The notes under the pieces: model-generated
Told to the model about the DNA's origin: nothing
Seen by the model: the letters and a program-made list of their open reading frames with translations, nothing else
Database searches by the model: none
DNA from: Candidatus Woesearchaeota archaeon
Lineage (GTDB): Archaea > Nanobdellota > Nanobdellia > SCGC-AAA011-G17 > CAYUTI01
DNA: 64,000 bases
Assembly (NCBI GenBank): GCA_964447685.1
Contig: CAYUTI010000001.1
Coordinates: forward strand, 267,064 to 331,063
Direction of reading: 5' to 3'
Program-made: the position numbers and the translations under genes
Shown here: piece after piece, positions 9,926 to 20,125 of the stretch
Position numbering within the stretch: position 1 is the first letter of the stretch
Layout: each line of letters begins with the position of its first letter

Positions 9926-10492
9926 ATGGATGAAAAAGAGAGGTTGAACATAATTGATATTTTAAAGCGTTCTAGAACAGCGCTTATTAAAAAAGATGAT
10001 GCTAAATTAAAAGAATTAAGTAATATGACTATACATAGTTCAAGTATTGAACAGGATTCTGATTATATATTGATAGCAGTGGTTATATATGCTTTACATA
10101 AAATTACTTTAATGAAAGATTATCAGCAGTATAAAGGGTGGGATTTATTCTATGATACTACCTTAGCTAATTTAGAAAAAGCTTGGAAGTTCTTAGAACA
10201 TAAGAATGAGGGTGGATATGAAAGATGTTTAAATAATATCCTTAAAGTAGGTAATAAATTGAGTGGAAACTTAAAAAAGTATGTTAAAGAGGTTATGGAG
10301 AGATCTAAGATATCTAAGGGTTCTAGAGTGTATGAGCATGGTATTAGCTTGGGGAGAAGTGCAGAATTATTAGGTGTTAGTGAGTTTGAATTATTAGAAT
10401 ATGTTGGTAAAACAGGTATTTCTGATGTAAAATTGGCTGAAACTCAGAAAATCTCTGAAAGATTGAATTTTGCAAGGGGTTTATTCAAATGA
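9926..10492 (+). CDS. UPF0175-family antitoxin-like protein with long N-terminal extension
   Basis: C-terminal GISLGRSAELLGVSEFELLEYVGKTGI is the UPF0175 HTH signature; protein is 188 aa versus the usual ~85. Confidence 0.6.
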   Translation: MDEKERLNIIDILKRSRTALIKKDDAKLKELSNMTIHSSSIEQDSDYILIAVVIYALHKITLMKDYQQYKGWDLFYDTTLANLEKAWKFLEHKNEGGYERCLNNILKVGNKLSGNLKKYVKEVMERSKISKGSRVYEHGISLGRSAELLGVSEFELLEYVGKTGISDVKLAETQKISERLNFARGLFK

Positions 10493-11196
10493 AAGCCTTA
10501 GTTTTTGATGCTAGCCCATTAATTACTATAAGTATGAATGGTTTATTAGATACACTTAGATTATTGAAAAAGAGTTATGGTGGAAGATTTTGTATTTCTG
10601 AAGGTATTAAGAAAGAAGTTGTTGATAATCCTATTCATACTAAAAGATTTAAGTTTGAAGCTATCAAAATTATGGATACTATTAAGGATGGTTATTTGGA
10701 AGTTTGTAATAAAAAAGGAATTGATAAGTTGACTAAAGAATTGTTGTGGTTATCTAATCATATTTATCAGGCTAAAGGAAATTGGATTAAAATTTTGCAT
10801 GAGGGAGAGTTAAGTGCTTTGGCTTTATGTTTATATTTGAATGCTGATGCTTATGTGGTTGATGAAAGAACTATGAGAATGTTGATTGAAGATCCTGTAA
10901 ATCTAGCTGAATTGTTAAGTCAAAAATTACATATTAATGTAACTACTAATGAAAAGAATTTAATGAAGTTTCAGGGTATAGTTAAAGATGTTAAAATAAT
11001 TAGAAGTGTTGAGTTAATGACTGTTGCTTTTGAAAAAGGTTTATTAGATAAATATTCTGCTAGAGTTGGTAAGAAATTAGTTGATGTTAATATTAGAAAA
11101 GAATTATTGGATGGAGTTTTGTGGGGATTGAAGTTAAGAGGTTGTAGTATTTCTGTTCAAGAAATTAATCAATTGATGAAGATTGAAGGTTTATAG
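10489..11196 (+). CDS. DUF3368 PIN-like nuclease with C-terminal extension
   Basis: VFDASPLI..HEGELSALALCLYLNADAYVVDERTMR matches the DUF3368 D..GE..A..LA....A.LL.DD..AR pattern; start overlaps the upstream stop. Confidence 0.6.
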   Translation: MKALVFDASPLITISMNGLLDTLRLLKKSYGGRFCISEGIKKEVVDNPIHTKRFKFEAIKIMDTIKDGYLEVCNKKGIDKLTKELLWLSNHIYQAKGNWIKILHEGELSALALCLYLNADAYVVDERTMRMLIEDPVNLAELLSQKLHINVTTNEKNLMKFQGIVKDVKIIRSVELMTVAFEKGLLDKYSARVGKKLVDVNIRKELLDGVLWGLKLRGCSISVQEINQLMKIEGL

Positions 11197-11237
11197 TAAT
11201 ATTTATATAGGGTGTTTTCTTATAGAAATTATTCTAA

Positions 11238-11310
11238 GGGGACGTAGTTTAACCTGGCAGAGCACGTGGCTCCAGACCATGAAATGGGGGTTCAAATCCC
11301 TCCGTCCCCA
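11238..11310 (+). tRNA. tRNA-Trp (CCA)
   Basis: Hand-folded: acceptor GGGGACG/CGTCCCC, anticodon arm CGTGG-CTCCAGA-CCATG, T-arm GGGGG-TTCAAAT-CCCTC; no intron. Confidence 0.8.
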
Positions 11311-11429
11311 TCCTAATTTTTCTTTTGTCCTTAATTTGGGACAAAACTTCTACCGTAAGCTTTATATAGGGTATATAACTCTTGATGAGTAATTACATAT
11401 ATGTATTTACTAGGGAGTTGTCATAAAAA

Positions 11430-13493
11430 ATGGATATGAAGAGACAAATTTTAGGGATTGTTTTGATATTTTTGTTAGGCTTAAGTTTAGTTAACGCTGG
11501 TGTTGGTGTCCTTGATGATGGTGTTAGAATTTCTGAACCAACTGGTTATCAAGCTGCACCTTATGTTTATGAAGAAGGAGATAGTTTTGATGTTTGTTTT
11601 ACATTGAAAAATGAAAACAATTATGTTGCTTTAATCAACCCAACTTTTTATGTTATGAAATTAAATTATGCAGTTACTGGTTTTCCAGTTTATACTGAAG
11701 AACAATTGTTATGGGTTGTTCAAAATTATAATCCTACTCAAACTTTATATCATACTGAAAGTCGATTTATGGGATTAGGTGTTGATCAAACAAAATTAGT
11801 TTGTTTTAGTTATGAATTAGAAGAAGAAGGATATTACCAATTTGATTTGGGAAGAGATGGTAATGATAGTATGTGGGCTGCTGGTTTTATCAGAGTTGTT
11901 GATAATGATTCTGATGATGATGAAATTCCAGATCCTGAAGATAATTGTCCTTTAGTTTACAATCCTAATCAAACTGATAGTGATAATGATGGATTAGGTA
12001 ATGCATGTGATAACTGTGCATTTGACTATAATCCTTCCCAGGAAGATAGAGATGGTGACGGTATTGGGGATGTTTGTGATCCTAATGGTAGCACTGAATG
12101 TGATGATGGGATTGACAATGATGGAGATAACTTAGTAGATATGGATGATCCTGACTGTTCAAGTCCTGAAGATGATGATGAAAGTGGTAATAGTTTACCA
12201 GAGTGTTCAGATAATCTAGATAATGATGGAGATAATTTAATTGATGAATTAGATCCTGGTTGTTATACTAATGGATTCTATAATCCTCTAGATGATGATG
12301 AGAGTAATGATATCCCTGGAAGTTATGAATGTTCAGATCTAGTTGATAACGATGGAGATAACTTAGTAGATATGGATGATCCTGACTGTTCAAGTCCTGA
12401 AGATGATGATGAAAGTGGTAATAGTTTACCAGAGTGTTCAGATAATCTAGATAATGATGGAGATAATTTAATTGATGAATTAGATCCTGGTTGTTATACT
12501 AATGGATTCTATAATCCTTTAGATGATGATGAGAGTAATACCTCTGGTTACCAGTATGAATGTTCCGATTTAGTTGATAACGATGGAGATAATTTAGTTG
12601 ATTGGTATGACCCTGGTTGTTATACTAATGGAATCTATAACCCTTGGGATGATGATGAAACTAATGTTCCTAATGGAGATTATGAATGTTCAGATCAAGT
12701 TGATAACGATGGGGATGGATTAGCTGATGTTTTAGATCCTGGTTGTTGGGATAATGGTGTTTATAATCCTCTAGATGATGATGAGAGCAATGATATTCCT
12801 GGAACTTATGAATGTTCAGATTTAGAAGATAATGACAATGATGGATTTACTGATATGTTAGATCCTGGTTGTGATACACCTTTAGATGATGACGAGACTA
12901 ATGTTCCTAATGGAAATTATGAATGTTCAGATTTAACAGATAATGATGGAGATGACTTAATTGATTGGTTTGATCCTGGTTGTTATACCAATGGATACTA
13001 TAATCCTTGGGATGATGATGAGAGAAATCAAGGTAGTACTAATCCTGAATGTTCTGATGGAAGAGACAATGATGGAGACGGTTTAATTGATATGAAAGAT
13101 CCTGATTGTTTGAATCCTTGGGATGATAGAGAAGAAGGTAACAAAGGTTCTAATGCTGCAAGCCAACCTTGTGCTAAACACAGTTTAAGCATTACTCAAG
13201 TTGTATTGAATGATGACTGGACTGTTATCCAAGCAGGAGATCTTTTAGAAATCTATTCTAGCATTAAGAATGATGGAAGCTTCACTGAAAAGGGTGTTCA
13301 TATTAAAGCTGAAGTTGTTGAGTTAGGTGTTAGTGAAGAAAGTATTAGATTTACTTTAGGACCTAAAGAATCTGATTTCGCTAGTGTTTATTTAGATATT
13401 CCAGCTGATGCTTATGGTGTTTATACCTTAAGATTAGAAGTTGAGAATGACAATACAAAAGACGTACATTATGTTGATTTCGAGGTCTTTTAG
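11430..13493 (+). CDS. secreted Asp/Cys-rich repeat protein (thrombospondin type-3 / MopE-like motifs)
   Basis: Signal peptide; [27 protein letters not shown] (TSP3-like); nine ~38-aa repeats of ECSDxxDNDGDxLxDxxDPGC. Confidence 0.8.
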   Translation: MDMKRQILGIVLIFLLGLSLVNAGVGVLDDGVRISEPTGYQAAPYVYEEGDSFDVCFTLKNENNYVALINPTFYVMKLNYAVTGFPVYTEEQLLWVVQNYNPTQTLYHTESRFMGLGVDQTKLVCFSYELEEEGYYQFDLGRDGNDSMWAAGFIRVVDNDSDDDEIPDPEDNCPLVYNPNQTDSDNDGLGNACDNCAFDYNPSQEDRDGDGIGDVCDPNGSTECDDGIDNDGDNLVDMDDPDCSSPEDDDESGNSLPECSDNLDNDGDNLIDELDPGCYTNGFYNPLDDDESNDIPGSYECSDLVDNDGDNLVDMDDPDCSSPEDDDESGNSLPECSDNLDNDGDNLIDELDPGCYTNGFYNPLDDDESNTSGYQYECSDLVDNDGDNLVDWYDPGCYTNGIYNPWDDDETNVPNGDYECSDQVDNDGDGLADVLDPGCWDNGVYNPLDDDESNDIPGTYECSDLEDNDNDGFTDMLDPGCDTPLDDDETNVPNGNYECSDLTDNDGDDLIDWFDPGCYTNGYYNPWDDDERNQGSTNPECSDGRDNDGDGLIDMKDPDCLNPWDDREEGNKGSNAASQPCAKHSLSITQVVLNDDWTVIQAGDLLEIYSSIKNDGSFTEKGVHIKAEVVELGVSEESIRFTLGPKESDFASVYLDIPADAYGVYTLRLEVENDNTKDVHYVDFEVF
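12120..12581 (+). repeat. 2 x 231-bp near-perfect tandem duplication inside the repeat-protein gene
   Basis: 12120-12308 is nearly identical to 12351-12539 (one mismatch seen by eye); downstream copies become degenerate. Confidence 0.85.
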
Positions 13494-13568
13494 GCCTTGA
13501 ATCATGATACCGAAAGGTTTAAATATGGAAAATAACCATTCAATAGTGGTTATTTTATAGTACTATAA

Positions 13569-13573
13569 GGAGG
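13569..13573 (+). promoter_or_regulatory. Shine-Dalgarno GGAGG upstream of candidate S-layer gene
   Basis: aaGGAGGatacgagattaaaATG; A/T-rich tattttatag box further upstream. Confidence 0.5.
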
Positions 13574-13586
13574 ATACGAGATTAAA

Positions 13587-14903
13587 ATGAAAATAGCAAA
13601 ATTTGTTGCTGTATTGGCTGTATTTTTAGTAGCTCTTACTACTTTTGTAAGTGCTGAAAATACTGATTTGTACAGTATTAAACAAGTAAAAGTTGACGGT
13701 ATAACTGTTGACGGAGACGTAGTTGTTTACGCTGAGAGAGGAAGTTCACTTCCTGTTGAAGTAATAATCGAAGGAACTTTAGATTGTCCTGTAGATGAAG
13801 ACTGTTATTCAGAATACGATGCAAGAGTTAAAGCTTGGATTGGTGGTTATGAATACGGTGAAGTTAAAGATGTTACATCTGCTTTTGAAATTGAATCAGG
13901 TGTTACATACAAAAAGACTTTATCTTTAGATTTACCTAATGATATGGATGCTTCTGATGACTATACCTTACACGTTGAAGTTTATGATGACGACAACGAG
14001 TACAGAGAAAGTTACACTTTAAGAGTTCAAGAGACAAGACATCTATTAGCTATCCAAGATGTAATCTTTAGACCAAGTTTAACTGAAATTGATGCTGGTA
14101 GACCTTTGTTTACAACTGTTAGAGTTGAAAACTTAGGAGATAACAAAGAAGAAGACATCAAAGTTACAGTTAAAATTCCTGAATTAGGTCTTGAAACTAG
14201 AGACTATATCGACGAATTAACTGCTGATGAAGACAGAGATGAAGCTGAAGATAATGAGTATGAAGAAGATTCAGCAAGTTCTGATGAACTTTATTTAAGA
14301 ATCCCTGACAATGTTCAAAGTGGTTACTACGATGTTGTTGTTGAAGTTGAATACAACAGAGGTCACGATGTTGTTAGAGCAACCAAATCTCTTTACATAA
14401 ATGGTGTTCAAGCTGAAGAAACACAAAAAACTGTTATCAGTGTTGATGGTGGAGACAAGGAAATCGTTGCTGGTGAAGACGCTACATACAAAGTTATGTT
14501 CGCTAACCTTGGTGACGAAACTAAAATCTACACTGTTGAAGTTACTGGTGCAGGAAGCTGGGCTGACGTTAATGTTGAGCCAAGTTTCGTAGCTGTTAAA
14601 TCTGAATCAACTGGAGAAGCTTATATTACAGTTACTCCAAATGAAGATGCTAAAGCTGGTCAACACATGTTTACTGTTCAGATCTTAGAAGATGGCGATG
14701 TAGTTAAAGAAGTTAACTTAGTTGCTGATGTTGAAGCTAAAGAATCTGGATGGGATATCGCTAAAACAGTATTAGCTGTAGCTTTTATTGTATTATTAAT
14801 TGTATTAATAATCTTAGCTATTGCTTTAGCTGTTAGAGCTGGTAGAAGAGACGACGACGATGAGTTAGAGCCTACTACTGAAGAAGGCCAAACTTATTAC
14901 TAA
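13587..14903 (+). CDS. acidic cell-surface protein with C-terminal TM anchor; candidate S-layer / major envelope protein
   Basis: Signal peptide, C-terminal TM + RRDDDDE tail; codon usage shifts to GAC/TAC/AAC/ATC/GGT/GCT unlike neighbours; strong SD and hairpin-oligoT terminator. Confidence 0.6.
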   Translation: MKIAKFVAVLAVFLVALTTFVSAENTDLYSIKQVKVDGITVDGDVVVYAERGSSLPVEVIIEGTLDCPVDEDCYSEYDARVKAWIGGYEYGEVKDVTSAFEIESGVTYKKTLSLDLPNDMDASDDYTLHVEVYDDDNEYRESYTLRVQETRHLLAIQDVIFRPSLTEIDAGRPLFTTVRVENLGDNKEEDIKVTVKIPELGLETRDYIDELTADEDRDEAEDNEYEEDSASSDELYLRIPDNVQSGYYDVVVEVEYNRGHDVVRATKSLYINGVQAEETQKTVISVDGGDKEIVAGEDATYKVMFANLGDETKIYTVEVTGAGSWADVNVEPSFVAVKSESTGEAYITVTPNEDAKAGQHMFTVQILEDGDVVKEVNLVADVEAKESGWDIAKTVLAVAFIVLLIVLIILAIALAVRAGRRDDDDELEPTTEEGQTYY

Positions 14904-14935
14904 GGAGCTTTATCCTCCTTATTTCTTTTTTTTTA
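14902..14935 (+). terminator. hairpin + oligo-T terminator
   Basis: aaGGAG-cttatc-CTCCTT followed by atttcttttttttt. Confidence 0.55.
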
Positions 14936-14937
14936 AT

Positions 14938-15198
14938 ATGGACAAACAAATTTATTATGATGCCCTAGCTGGAAAACTGGTTTTTGAAAAAATAACTGAA
15001 GAGGAACTTCTAAAAATTGTTAATTATAAACCTGGTAAATCATTCTCAGATGTTAATGAAGCTGTTAAAAGTGGTAAACTTGAAAATACAGGACCTTATG
15101 CTTATAATATCCCTTATATTGCGGGTAAGCTTACTGAAATTGTAGAACTTGATACTACAAAACCATGGAGAGAAGTTATTTTTGGAGTTAAAGATTAA
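14938..15198 (+). CDS. hypothetical protein
   Basis: 86-aa ORF; no recognisable motif. Confidence 0.4.
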   Translation: MDKQIYYDALAGKLVFEKITEEELLKIVNYKPGKSFSDVNEAVKSGKLENTGPYAYNIPYIAGKLTEIVELDTTKPWREVIFGVKD

Positions 15199-15199
15199 A

Positions 15200-15481
15200 A
15201 TGAAAAGATTATTCTTATTGTTTGTTTTATTGTTCTTAGTAGGATGTAGTTCTAGTATTGCTGATGTTAAAGTTGATGAGAATGTTGGTAAATCAGTTGT
15301 TGTTAGTGGTGTTGTTGAAAGCCCTATTAAAATCGGTAAATTATCTGGTTATACTTTAGTTGATGATAGTGGCAGTATAAGAGTTTCTTCTGAAAATCTT
15401 CCTGCAGAAGGTGATTCTGTGAGTGTGAGAGGGGTTTTAATTAAAGATAGTTTGTTGGGTTATTATATTAAAGTTCAATAA
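15200..15481 (+). CDS. putative lipoprotein
   Basis: MKRLFLLFVLLFLVGCSS lipobox-like signal; ATG immediately after the upstream stop. Confidence 0.5.
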   Translation: MKRLFLLFVLLFLVGCSSSIADVKVDENVGKSVVVSGVVESPIKIGKLSGYTLVDDSGSIRVSSENLPAEGDSVSVRGVLIKDSLLGYYIKVQ

Positions 15482-15514
15482 TCTTTAAATAGTTCTTTTT
15501 TTTGATAATTATTT

Positions 15515-15937
15515 ATGTTTGATTTATTTAAACCTAAGGAAGAAAGAAAAGAGTCTATCTATCTGGTTATACCTACTTCTTTTAGAGATAGTGGGATTGG
15601 TAGGAATAGTGCTCTTGAAGAAAAAGCAAGATTAATTGAGGACAATAGTGGAAAAGTTGTTATGGTTGATGATTTTCATCATAGTGTTAGCGAAGGAGAT
15701 TTTAGGTTAGCGAGGGTTTTATATGATCCTAAGGATTTAGAGTGTTTTTATGCTCAATGGTTAAGGGATAAAAGTTTGATTGAAGATAGATTACATTACC
15801 CTGATTTGAGAGGATTGATGATTCAACCAAATGTGAGTGGTGCTTCTTATCAAGGAAAGTTTCAATTAATTCCTACAGAATTTACAAGATTACGTAAATT
15901 TCGTACTGCTGTTGAAGAATTTGCGCCTTTGGTTTAG
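15515..15937 (+). CDS. hypothetical protein
   Basis: 140-aa ORF. Confidence 0.4.
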   Translation: MFDLFKPKEERKESIYLVIPTSFRDSGIGRNSALEEKARLIEDNSGKVVMVDDFHHSVSEGDFRLARVLYDPKDLECFYAQWLRDKSLIEDRLHYPDLRGLMIQPNVSGASYQGKFQLIPTEFTRLRKFRTAVEEFAPLV

Positions 15938-18900
15938 ATTTTTAAACTAACTACTTTAGAGATACCTTGTTGCATTGAAACTCCATATAATAAGTTTGCT
16001 TCTGAGATTAAAGAGTCATTGTGTGAGATAACTATGTACTGTGCTTTGTCAGAGTATTTTGCAATTAGTTTTGATAATAATTCTGAGTTATGTTTATCTA
16101 GAGCTGCATCTACCTCATCTAATAAGTAGAATGGTGCAGGATCTAAGTCTTGAATAGCGAAAATAAATGATAAAGCGGCTAGAGTTTTTTCTCCACCTGA
16201 TAAGGATTTGATGTCCAAGTATTTATTTCCCACTAATTTAACCCTAATATCTACTCCTGCTTCGAAAGGTTCTTCAGGATCTTCTAGTTCTAGAGAAGCT
16301 TCTCCTTTAGTGGATAGTGATGAGAAAATTTCTTTGAAGTTTTTATTTATTACTCTAAAGGTTTTCATGAAGGTTTCCTTTTTCTTTGTTTCTATTTCAT
16401 TCATCATATTTAAAACATCATCTTTTTCTAATCTTAGTTTTTCAGTCTTTTCTAGAATCTTTGAGTATTCTTCATTAACTTTTTCATAGATGTCTAAAGC
16501 TCTTAAGTTTACTGAACCTATCTTTACTAGATCTTGTTCTGCTTCTCTTATTTCTGCTCTTAATTGTTCTGGAGTTACTTTTATTCTTATTTTAGCATCT
16601 TTGAATTCTTCGAATTCTGCATTTAATCCTTCTAATTCAGAAGTCACTTTAGCTTTTTCAATTGATACTGAATTGATTCTGTCTTGTGAGGAGGATAGTC
16701 TTGTATCTTCTTGAATGATGGAGTTTTCTAATTTCTTTATTTCTTCTGCTAACTTGTTACGTTTTTGGAATAGATTTTTGAAATCTTGATGGAATTCTTT
16801 TTCTTTCTTTACTTTTTCTTGTAAAGCTAGTTTTCTCACTTTAGTGGACTCTGTTAATTCTTGTAATTCTTTCTCAAATTGTTCTAGTTCTTGTGAGTGT
16901 TGTTTAATGATTTGAGAAATCTTATTAGTTTCAGGTAGGTGAATACTATTTATTTGAATATCTATATTTTTTATTTCTGAGTTAAGTCTGATTATCTCTT
17001 CTTTAGCGGATTGTTTTTGTGAATCTAATTTGTTAAGTTCTTCATTTAGTTCTGGAGCCTTGATAGCTGTTAATTTCTTGTTAAGCTCTTGTTTTGATTG
17101 CTTGGTTTGGTTAAGTTCTTTTAGTTTTGTGGTTAGTTGTTGTTCTACTTCTTTTAATTGAGTTTTAACTTGAGTTTGTTTTTCTAATAATTGAGCTCTT
17201 TGTTCCCTTTGTTCTTTTGTTTCTGTAGTGATACCTAAATTATTTTCTATCTTTTGGATTTCTCCTTGTAAGGTGTATTTCTTATCTTTGTAATCATAAA
17301 CCTTGTTTTCTAGATCTAGTTTTTTCTTTTCTAAATCATTAATCATTGTTTGTATTTTAGTTACTTCTAACTCTAAGCTGCTTAGATTTGAGCTAAGTTG
17401 TTTTTCTTGGAAACCTAATCCTTGGGTTCTTGCTCTGTAACCACCAACCATTGCTCCGGAAGGTTCTATTAATGTTCCATCTAAAGTAACCATTCTTGCT
17501 CTGCCTATACCAATTTTCCTTGCTGTTTCTAAATTATTAATAATTACAGTAGATCCTAAAACATAAGAGAATACATTCTTGAATTTTTTATCAAATTTAA
17601 CAAGGTTTACTGCTAGATCTACAACCCCTGAGATATTTTTAAGTTGATCTATATTGTCTTGTTCTTTTCTTTCTTTTATTTTGTTTAGAGGTAAGAATGT
17701 AGCTATACCTAGTTTTTGCTCTTTAATTAATTTGATGTATTTTGCTGCTGTTAAATCTGAATTAACTACTATGCTTCTTGTTCTTGAACCTGCTGCTACT
17801 TCTAAAGCTAATGAATATTTAGAGTCTACTTGACCTAGATCAGAAACTAAGCCGAAAACATTATTATCTTTTTGGGATAATATCTTTTGGATTGCTTGAT
17901 TTGCACCCATTGATTCTTTGATACTTATATTCCTTGCTGTACATTTAACAAGTTCTTCGTTTCTTGATTGGTATTTGATTCTTAATGATCCTAATTGTGC
18001 GGAGATTCCTGCTTCTTCATTTTGAGCTTTTGATAAGTTTAAAGCTATTTGTTTGTATTCTTTTCTTAGTGAGTCTAGTTCTTTTACCTTATTTTTGTTT
18101 TTTTCTTCTAGAACTTTTATCTCTTGAAGTTGGTTATCAATATGTTCTATTTTAATTGCTAGTTGATCATGTTCTCTTATAATCTCATGTTTTTTATCTT
18201 GGAGTGTTGAAACATTTTGTTCTAAGTTTGTGATTCGGTTGTCTAGTTCTTCTATTTTTGTTGGAAGATCTGAAATTCCGTGTTTTTCTTTGAATTGTTT
18301 AATCTGAGCGAGAAGAGTTTGTTCTTTTTTTGTAAGGTTTTCTTTGCTTTGTTCTAGAGAAGATTTTTCTTTTTGTAGGTTGGTTATCCTTTTCTCTAAT
18401 TCTTGTTTATCTTTTTCTAAGTTAAGTTTCCTTTGCTTTATTCTCTTTAATTCTGTTTGGCAGGTTTCTAGTCTGTTTTCTTCTTTTAGTAAGTTGGTTC
18501 TTAGTCCTTCAATATCTTTTTGTAATTCTATCTGTTCTTTTTCACCTTTTTCTTCTATTTTTTTATTAATCTTTGTTGAGGATTCTTGTTTTTCTTGGAT
18601 AATCTTTCTTGTTTCTTCTATTCTTTGTTTGATTCCATCTATAATCGACTTTTGTTTGTTATATCTTGATTCTACTTCTTCTAGTTTTAGCTTTTTATCT
18701 TTGATTTGTAAGTGTAAGTAAGTAGCTTTGTTTGATTTGATTGTTCTTTGAATCTCATTGTATCTTAGTGCTTGATCTCTTTCTTTTTTTAGTTCTCTTA
18801 AGTAAGCTTCTCTTTCTGTTAGAATAATATTTGCTTCTGAAAGTTTACCTTCTACCTTTTCAAGTTCTTTTATGGATTGAGCTTTCTTTTCTTCATACAT

Positions 18901-19407
18901 CGATATGCCTGCAATCTCTTCGATAAGTTCTCTTCTCTCTTCAGTTTTCATACCCATGAAGTGAACTATATCTCCTTGTAGAATTATATTATGTCCATCT
19001 GGATCGATTCTTGCTCTTCTTAGAATATCTACTACTTGTTGTCTTGTATATTTTTGATCATTAATATAATATTCAGAAGTTCCTTTTGATTTGATTTTTC
19101 TTGTAATTTTTATTTCTTTTGAGTCTATTGGAAAGGTTTTCTTTTTGTTACTGAAAACTATTGAAGCTTGCGCTTCTTTTGCTGGGCTACCTTTTTTTCC
19201 ACCATTGTAGATTAAGTTTGCTGATTTTTCCGCTCTTAAAGCTTTAGCTGAGGATTTTCCTAGAACGAAACAGATAAGGTCTACTACATTTGACTTTCCT
19301 GAGCCGTTTGGCCCTATTATGCAATTGAAATTATTGCCAAAAGGGATCTCTGTTGGCTTTGCAAATGATTTAAAACCTTTAGCTTGAAGCTTTATTATCT
19401 CACTCAA
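15934..19407 (-). CDS. smc: chromosome segregation protein SMC
   Basis: Walker A GPNGSGKSN, long coiled coils, hinge, signature LSGGEKTLAALSFIFAIQ, Walker B LLDEVDAALD; 1157 aa. Confidence 0.95.
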   Translation of the reverse strand: MSEIIKLQAKGFKSFAKPTEIPFGNNFNCIIGPNGSGKSNVVDLICFVLGKSSAKALRAEKSANLIYNGGKKGSPAKEAQASIVFSNKKKTFPIDSKEIKITRKIKSKGTSEYYINDQKYTRQQVVDILRRARIDPDGHNIILQGDIVHFMGMKTEERRELIEEIAGISMYEEKKAQSIKELEKVEGKLSEANIILTEREAYLRELKKERDQALRYNEIQRTIKSNKATYLHLQIKDKKLKLEEVESRYNKQKSIIDGIKQRIEETRKIIQEKQESSTKINKKIEEKGEKEQIELQKDIEGLRTNLLKEENRLETCQTELKRIKQRKLNLEKDKQELEKRITNLQKEKSSLEQSKENLTKKEQTLLAQIKQFKEKHGISDLPTKIEELDNRITNLEQNVSTLQDKKHEIIREHDQLAIKIEHIDNQLQEIKVLEEKNKNKVKELDSLRKEYKQIALNLSKAQNEEAGISAQLGSLRIKYQSRNEELVKCTARNISIKESMGANQAIQKILSQKDNNVFGLVSDLGQVDSKYSLALEVAAGSRTRSIVVNSDLTAAKYIKLIKEQKLGIATFLPLNKIKERKEQDNIDQLKNISGVVDLAVNLVKFDKKFKNVFSYVLGSTVIINNLETARKIGIGRARMVTLDGTLIEPSGAMVGGYRARTQGLGFQEKQLSSNLSSLELEVTKIQTMINDLEKKKLDLENKVYDYKDKKYTLQGEIQKIENNLGITTETKEQREQRAQLLEKQTQVKTQLKEVEQQLTTKLKELNQTKQSKQELNKKLTAIKAPELNEELNKLDSQKQSAKEEIIRLNSEIKNIDIQINSIHLPETNKISQIIKQHSQELEQFEKELQELTESTKVRKLALQEKVKKEKEFHQDFKNLFQKRNKLAEEIKKLENSIIQEDTRLSSSQDRINSVSIEKAKVTSELEGLNAEFEEFKDAKIRIKVTPEQLRAEIREAEQDLVKIGSVNLRALDIYEKVNEEYSKILEKTEKLRLEKDDVLNMMNEIETKKKETFMKTFRVINKNFKEIFSSLSTKGEASLELEDPEEPFEAGVDIRVKLVGNKYLDIKSLSGGEKTLAALSFIFAIQDLDPAPFYLLDEVDAALDKHNSELLSKLIAKYSDKAQYIVISHNDSLISEANLLYGVSMQQGISKVVSLKI

Positions 19408-19459
19408 TTATTTCACCTCGGTTTTAAGACTAAGTTTTTATTTATATAGTTTATTGTTT

Positions 19460-20116
19460 TTAATAGTCCGTTAATGCTTTTTGTTTCTTTTTCTTTAAAA
19501 CATTTTGATAAGAAGCCCAGGTTTGTCTGAAGATTTCTGGGTGTTTGTCATAGTTTTCTTTTAAGAAGTTTTGTGTTATTTCATTTGCTGGATAACCAGG
19601 TCCGCAGTTACCGTACTTTTCTTGGATTTCTTCCATTCTTTTATCTCTTGTTAATTTAGCTAGAATTGAAGCTGCTGCAACAATTTTGTGATTAAGATCT
19701 GCTTTGTGTTCTGAGATTATTTCTACTTTTTTATTGTTTATTCTTTCTTTTATATATTCTGTGAAAGCTTTTATGTTGTTAGAAGGACAGTCTAATATTA
19801 CTTTTTGAGGTTGTAATTTGTTGATAAGTTCTACTACTTTAAGAGCTTCTAGCCAGTTTAGATTTAAGTCTGAAGAGTTTAGAGTGTCATCTATTTCACT
19901 TGGAGGAATCTCTATGATTTCTATTTTTTCTGCTACTTCTTCTATATGGTCTTTGATGTGTTCTCTTTGTTTTTTGCTTAATAATTTAGAATCTTTAATA
20001 CCATCATGTTCTAGTTTTGGTAAGTCCTCTTCTTTAATTAGAACTCCTGCTATTACTAATGGCCCTATTACCGGACCCCTTCCCGCTTCATCAATGCCTA
20101 GAATCAATTTTTCCAT
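19460..20116 (-). CDS. rnhB: ribonuclease HII
   Basis: LGIDEAGRGPVIGPLVIAGV; start reassigned to MEKLILGIDEA because the longer ORF runs into the adjacent tRNA. Confidence 0.9.
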   Translation of the reverse strand: MEKLILGIDEAGRGPVIGPLVIAGVLIKEEDLPKLEHDGIKDSKLLSKKQREHIKDHIEEVAEKIEIIEIPPSEIDDTLNSSDLNLNWLEALKVVELINKLQPQKVILDCPSNNIKAFTEYIKERINNKKVEIISEHKADLNHKIVAAASILAKLTRDKRMEEIQEKYGNCGPGYPANEITQNFLKENYDKHPEIFRQTWASYQNVLKKKKQKALTDY

Positions 20117-20125
20117 TTTTTTGAA

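Noticed and set aside
11183-11392. ORF 11183..11392 spanning tRNA-Trp
   Set aside because: It overlaps a well-folding tRNA gene, so I treat it as a non-coding shadow.
12100-13150. Considered whether the regular ~115-230 bp periodicity could be a CRISPR array
   Set aside because: The repeats are in-frame coding units of a single long ORF with a signal peptide, and there is no spacer-like unique sequence or cas gene.
16208-18721. ORFs 16208..16489, 16490..16714 and 18344..18721 on the plus strand inside smc
   Set aside because: They are antisense to a well-supported 1157-aa SMC gene and have low-complexity Ser/Leu/Phe-rich translations typical of reverse-strand artefacts in AT-rich DNA.
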